Shown: positions 51,497-54,255 of the stretch, in pieces
Layout: every line of letters begins with the position of its first letter
Position numbering within the stretch: the stretch's first letter is position 1
NCBI GenBank assembly: GCA_013265495.1
Contig: MU058418.1
Location: 2,568,917 to 2,623,171, forward strand
Source of the DNA: Vicugna vicugna
Lineage: Eukaryota
Direction of reading: 5' to 3'
DNA: 54,255 nucleotides
Translations under genes and position numbers: made by a program
Notes under the pieces: model-generated
What the model was told of the DNA's origin: nothing
Databases searched by the model: none
The model's input: the letters and a program-made list of their open reading frames with translations, nothing else

Positions 51497-53438
51497 TTGA
51501 GTTTGTCTTCTTTTTTTTCCTTAACAGTACACCCATTCTTGCTTCAGATATATATATAGTGTGATGAAGTCAATGTTCTGCACCACCAATCTGGAATAAA
51601 TGGTAACTTGCCCTGTACAAAGGGGGCTTTCAGTAATGCTATTAATCTTTAATCCTATGAATTAAAAATCTTGGTATGAATGTTAACATATCTAAAACCT
51701 GATCAGACTAGACCCTTAGGATTAGTACACTTCATACTTTGGTGTATAAGAAGGTTTAAAGGTTTAATGTATAAAATGGTTTAATATGTATACTTTAGTG
51801 TATAAAATTGTTGTTAAAAAATGAAAGACAATCTGTAATATAATCCGAACAGGAATAGGACTAAAGTTAACTTTGTTTTGGAGGCTACAGCATGCAAGCT
51901 AACAGTATAAACCACTTTAGAGTTTTATGGACTTCTTGTACTTTTGAAATACCTAGGGACACTGAAAGCAGCTAAACTACTATTTCACATCACAGTTACT
52001 CAAACTGGTCCTCCAACTCACTGACTTTTATTAGTGTACTATAAACTTTAATATAAAAATCTCATTTATATTTTTAAAAGTCATCACCCAAGTCTTGTTC
52101 CCTTTTAAACCCAAGTTAGTAAGATCATCTAACGTTAATATATTTTGGTTTCTCACCTGAGGAAAGCTATTTTCAAACCACTGCAAGAAACAAAAAGCCA
52201 ACCCAGGAAATGTCTGGGGTAAAAGGAGGGAAAGCATTGGGAAAAGGAATCAAGTCTAGCAGTAATTAGAACTAACGAGTTCTCTCCCCAGATTTCTCGA
52301 ACATATAATGTATGTATAGTTTTCCTGCTCTCCCAGCATGTAAAAAATGCCAGAAAATATACTTAGTTTATAGTAAGGTAATAATTTGGTTTACTTTTTA
52401 TAATATTTAATTTATTTTAAATATAATTTTTAAAACTCATGTGTAGTGGTAAATGTCTAATCCTGAAAACAGAAATGATAGAGACCATTTGAACTATTGA
52501 GAACCTTCATTTTCTGTTTAATTTTTAAAAAATGTAAAAAGAATTGGTACCCATGAAACACAGTATAACCATCCCAGGAAAGTGAGAGATTCTGGCCCTC
52601 AGGCCACAGGCTTACAACAAATGCCAACTATCAGCAAAGAAAAACTCACTTAATCTTAGAGATAATGTATTTTTTTTTAAATGACAGCAAAGGCAAGTCT
52701 ATGGTTGAGAAATCAGGCTTGAAGTCCCCCAAGTTCTGCTTTGTGCTTAGTTTCATAGGAACAGAAAGGGATTTAAGGCTGAGTATGAAAAGAATCCTGA
52801 GCTGAAGATCTTGGTAGTCTAGTCTTTCAAGATTAGTGACAGAATTTGGTGTGTCCAGAAACCAAAATCAGTGGTTCTTAAAAAGCCACAGCATGGATGG
52901 CCTCAGGAAAGGCTTGGGAGTAGAGACCGAAATCTACAAAGTTATAAAGAATGTTAATGACACGGTGAACCAGAAAAACCTTGAAAGAGGTGAGTTAACA
53001 TCAAATAAAAGGTCCTATTTTAAATGGTAGGCTACAAATTTAAGGAATAAAAATGGAAATGTTATGTAATTTTTTTCATGGTGGTGAATTCATGGATTAT
53101 AGACACAACAAATTTTAGGGAAAACTGAGATAAGTGGGGGATTATCTTCCAGGTTAAAATGAAGGAGAACAATAATCCCCTCTTTGTCAGAGGCAAACGG
53201 GCAAAGAGCCTGGGTCTGGGCAGAAGGAGATTGACTCCTGTGTCCATTCCCTCGACAAGTGTTAATCAAGTATGTCCCTACCACGTGCCAGGCACCAGGC
53301 TACACGTACTACAAAGGCAATAACACAATCTCTGCCTCAAGCAGGTCACAGGCTAGTGGGAGCCTGGAGGTGTATTAGAATCATAGTCATGCTCCATGCT
53401 GCAAATATTTTCTTGAGTTCTTGATGAGGGCCTGCATC

Positions 53439-53753
53439 CTATTTCCATCTCGTATTCACCCAACTCAGAGTATAACAGCTACTTGCATTGAAAATATCTT
53501 TCTTCAGGAACAGCTGAGGCTTAGATAAATCTTTGTAACTGTGAAAAAGCCTGAAATCCTGTAGTTCTAACTCTTTGAGGAGGCTGTACCAGAACCGCAC
53601 AACACTGCTGTCACTGCCACTGACCTCAAAGCCGGGCCAGTGGAGATGGATCTCAAAGATGAGCTGTCCAATTTGTTCAAGGACATCTTCCAGAATAAGA
53701 TTTTCCAAAACTTTCCATTCTGCACTTTCCAGATCTGCTTTGAGAACATCAAT
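53439..53753 (-). CDS. METTL24: METTL24 terminal coding exon ([19 protein letters not shown]...SWVNTRWK*), methyltransferase-like 24
   Basis: Minus strand ttgttacag|ATTGATGTT...TGGAAA TAG; 315 nt, phase 0; branch-like CTAAT at 53777-53781. Peptide recognised as the METTL24 C-terminus, and METTL24 is the known convergent neighbour of CDC40. Confidence 0.93.
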   Translation of the reverse strand: MDVLKADLESAEWKVLENLILEDVLEQIGQLIFEIHLHWPGFEVSGSDSSVVRFWYSLLKELELQDFRLFHSYKDLSKPQLFLKKDIFNASSCYTLSWVNTRWK

Positions 53754-53817
53754 CTGTAACAAAATGATGAAATGAGATTAGCAGAGTCAATAAACATTGT
53801 TAAAAATACCATCTTAT

Positions 53818-54255
53818 GAGAGAGGAGGCAAGATGGTGGAGTAGAAGGACGCTCGTAAGTCACCCTCTCCCACAAATACACCAAGACCCACATCTACAGA
53901 CCCACTCAGCCAACCAGAGCACCTGCGGAACTCCGACAGAACATCGCCCTCTTCAAAAGATAAAGACGCCAAAAATCTGGTAGGAGAAAAGGAAAAAAGA
54001 AAGAACAAAAGGCAAAATAGCACGGGACGGGTCCTGGGGGAGGGAGCGGCAAAGGAGGACTGGCGCTCACTCGCTGGGTCTCCCCTCTCCAACTGAGAGG
54101 CCAGTGGGATGGAGGGGGAGCCTCCGAGGCTCGGATCTGTACAGAGCAGCCCTTGTCTGACAGAACTGAGTTAAACCGGCACGGAGCGTCCCCCCGACAC
54201 CCAGCCTGAGACGCGGGCCGGCAGCAGCGGGCAGGGCCAGGCTGCACAAGCCGGG
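53818..54255 (+). mobile_element. 5'UTR of a young, probably full-length LINE-1 (continues past the window), antisense to METTL24
   Basis: Begins GAGAGAGGAGGCAAGATGGTGGAGTAGAAGGACG...CCCACAAATACA, like cetartiodactyl L1 5' ends. It is CpG-rich and preceded by TT|AAAAA (53800-53806). Confidence 0.85.

Noticed and set aside
53814..54249. Antisense ORFs of 92, 113 and 60 aa in the L1 5'UTR
   Set aside because: They start at TTG/GTG, and long stop-free frames are expected in GC-rich sequence. Only the ATG at 53893 with its in-phase donor was kept.

Overview
Mammalian genomic DNA, most likely a camelid: three copies of a tRNA-derived SINE resemble the camelid Vic-1 family (recognised from memory, not searched). 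The + strand carries coding exons 2-15 of CDC40/PRP17, the WD40 step-II splicing factor. All splice sites are GT-AG and the exons join into one open frame of 1551 nt (516 aa + TAA). Exon 1 lies just left of the window, and a 3'UTR of about 1.7 kb follows the stop. The - strand carries the last coding exon and 3'UTR of METTL24, convergent with CDC40. The rest is intronic or intergenic sequence rich in L1, L2, MIR, hAT/Tigger fossils, one ERVL-type LTR and microsatellites. I see no clearly new gene family. The best leads are all inferences. (1) A CpG-rich, apparently 5'-intact L1 sits 64 nt from the METTL24 terminal acceptor, and its antisense strand has an ATG and a phase-0 donor that could fuse in frame to METTL24, like ORF0. 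(2) An inverted SINE pair brackets CDC40 exons 4-6, which would form a 321-nt circle with no stop in the coding frame. (3) CDC40 introns 1 and 4 contain candidate poison exons. (4) An 11-nt+poly(A) retro-insertion has a perfect 14-bp TSD. Repeat family names and boundaries come from visual recognition and are approximate.
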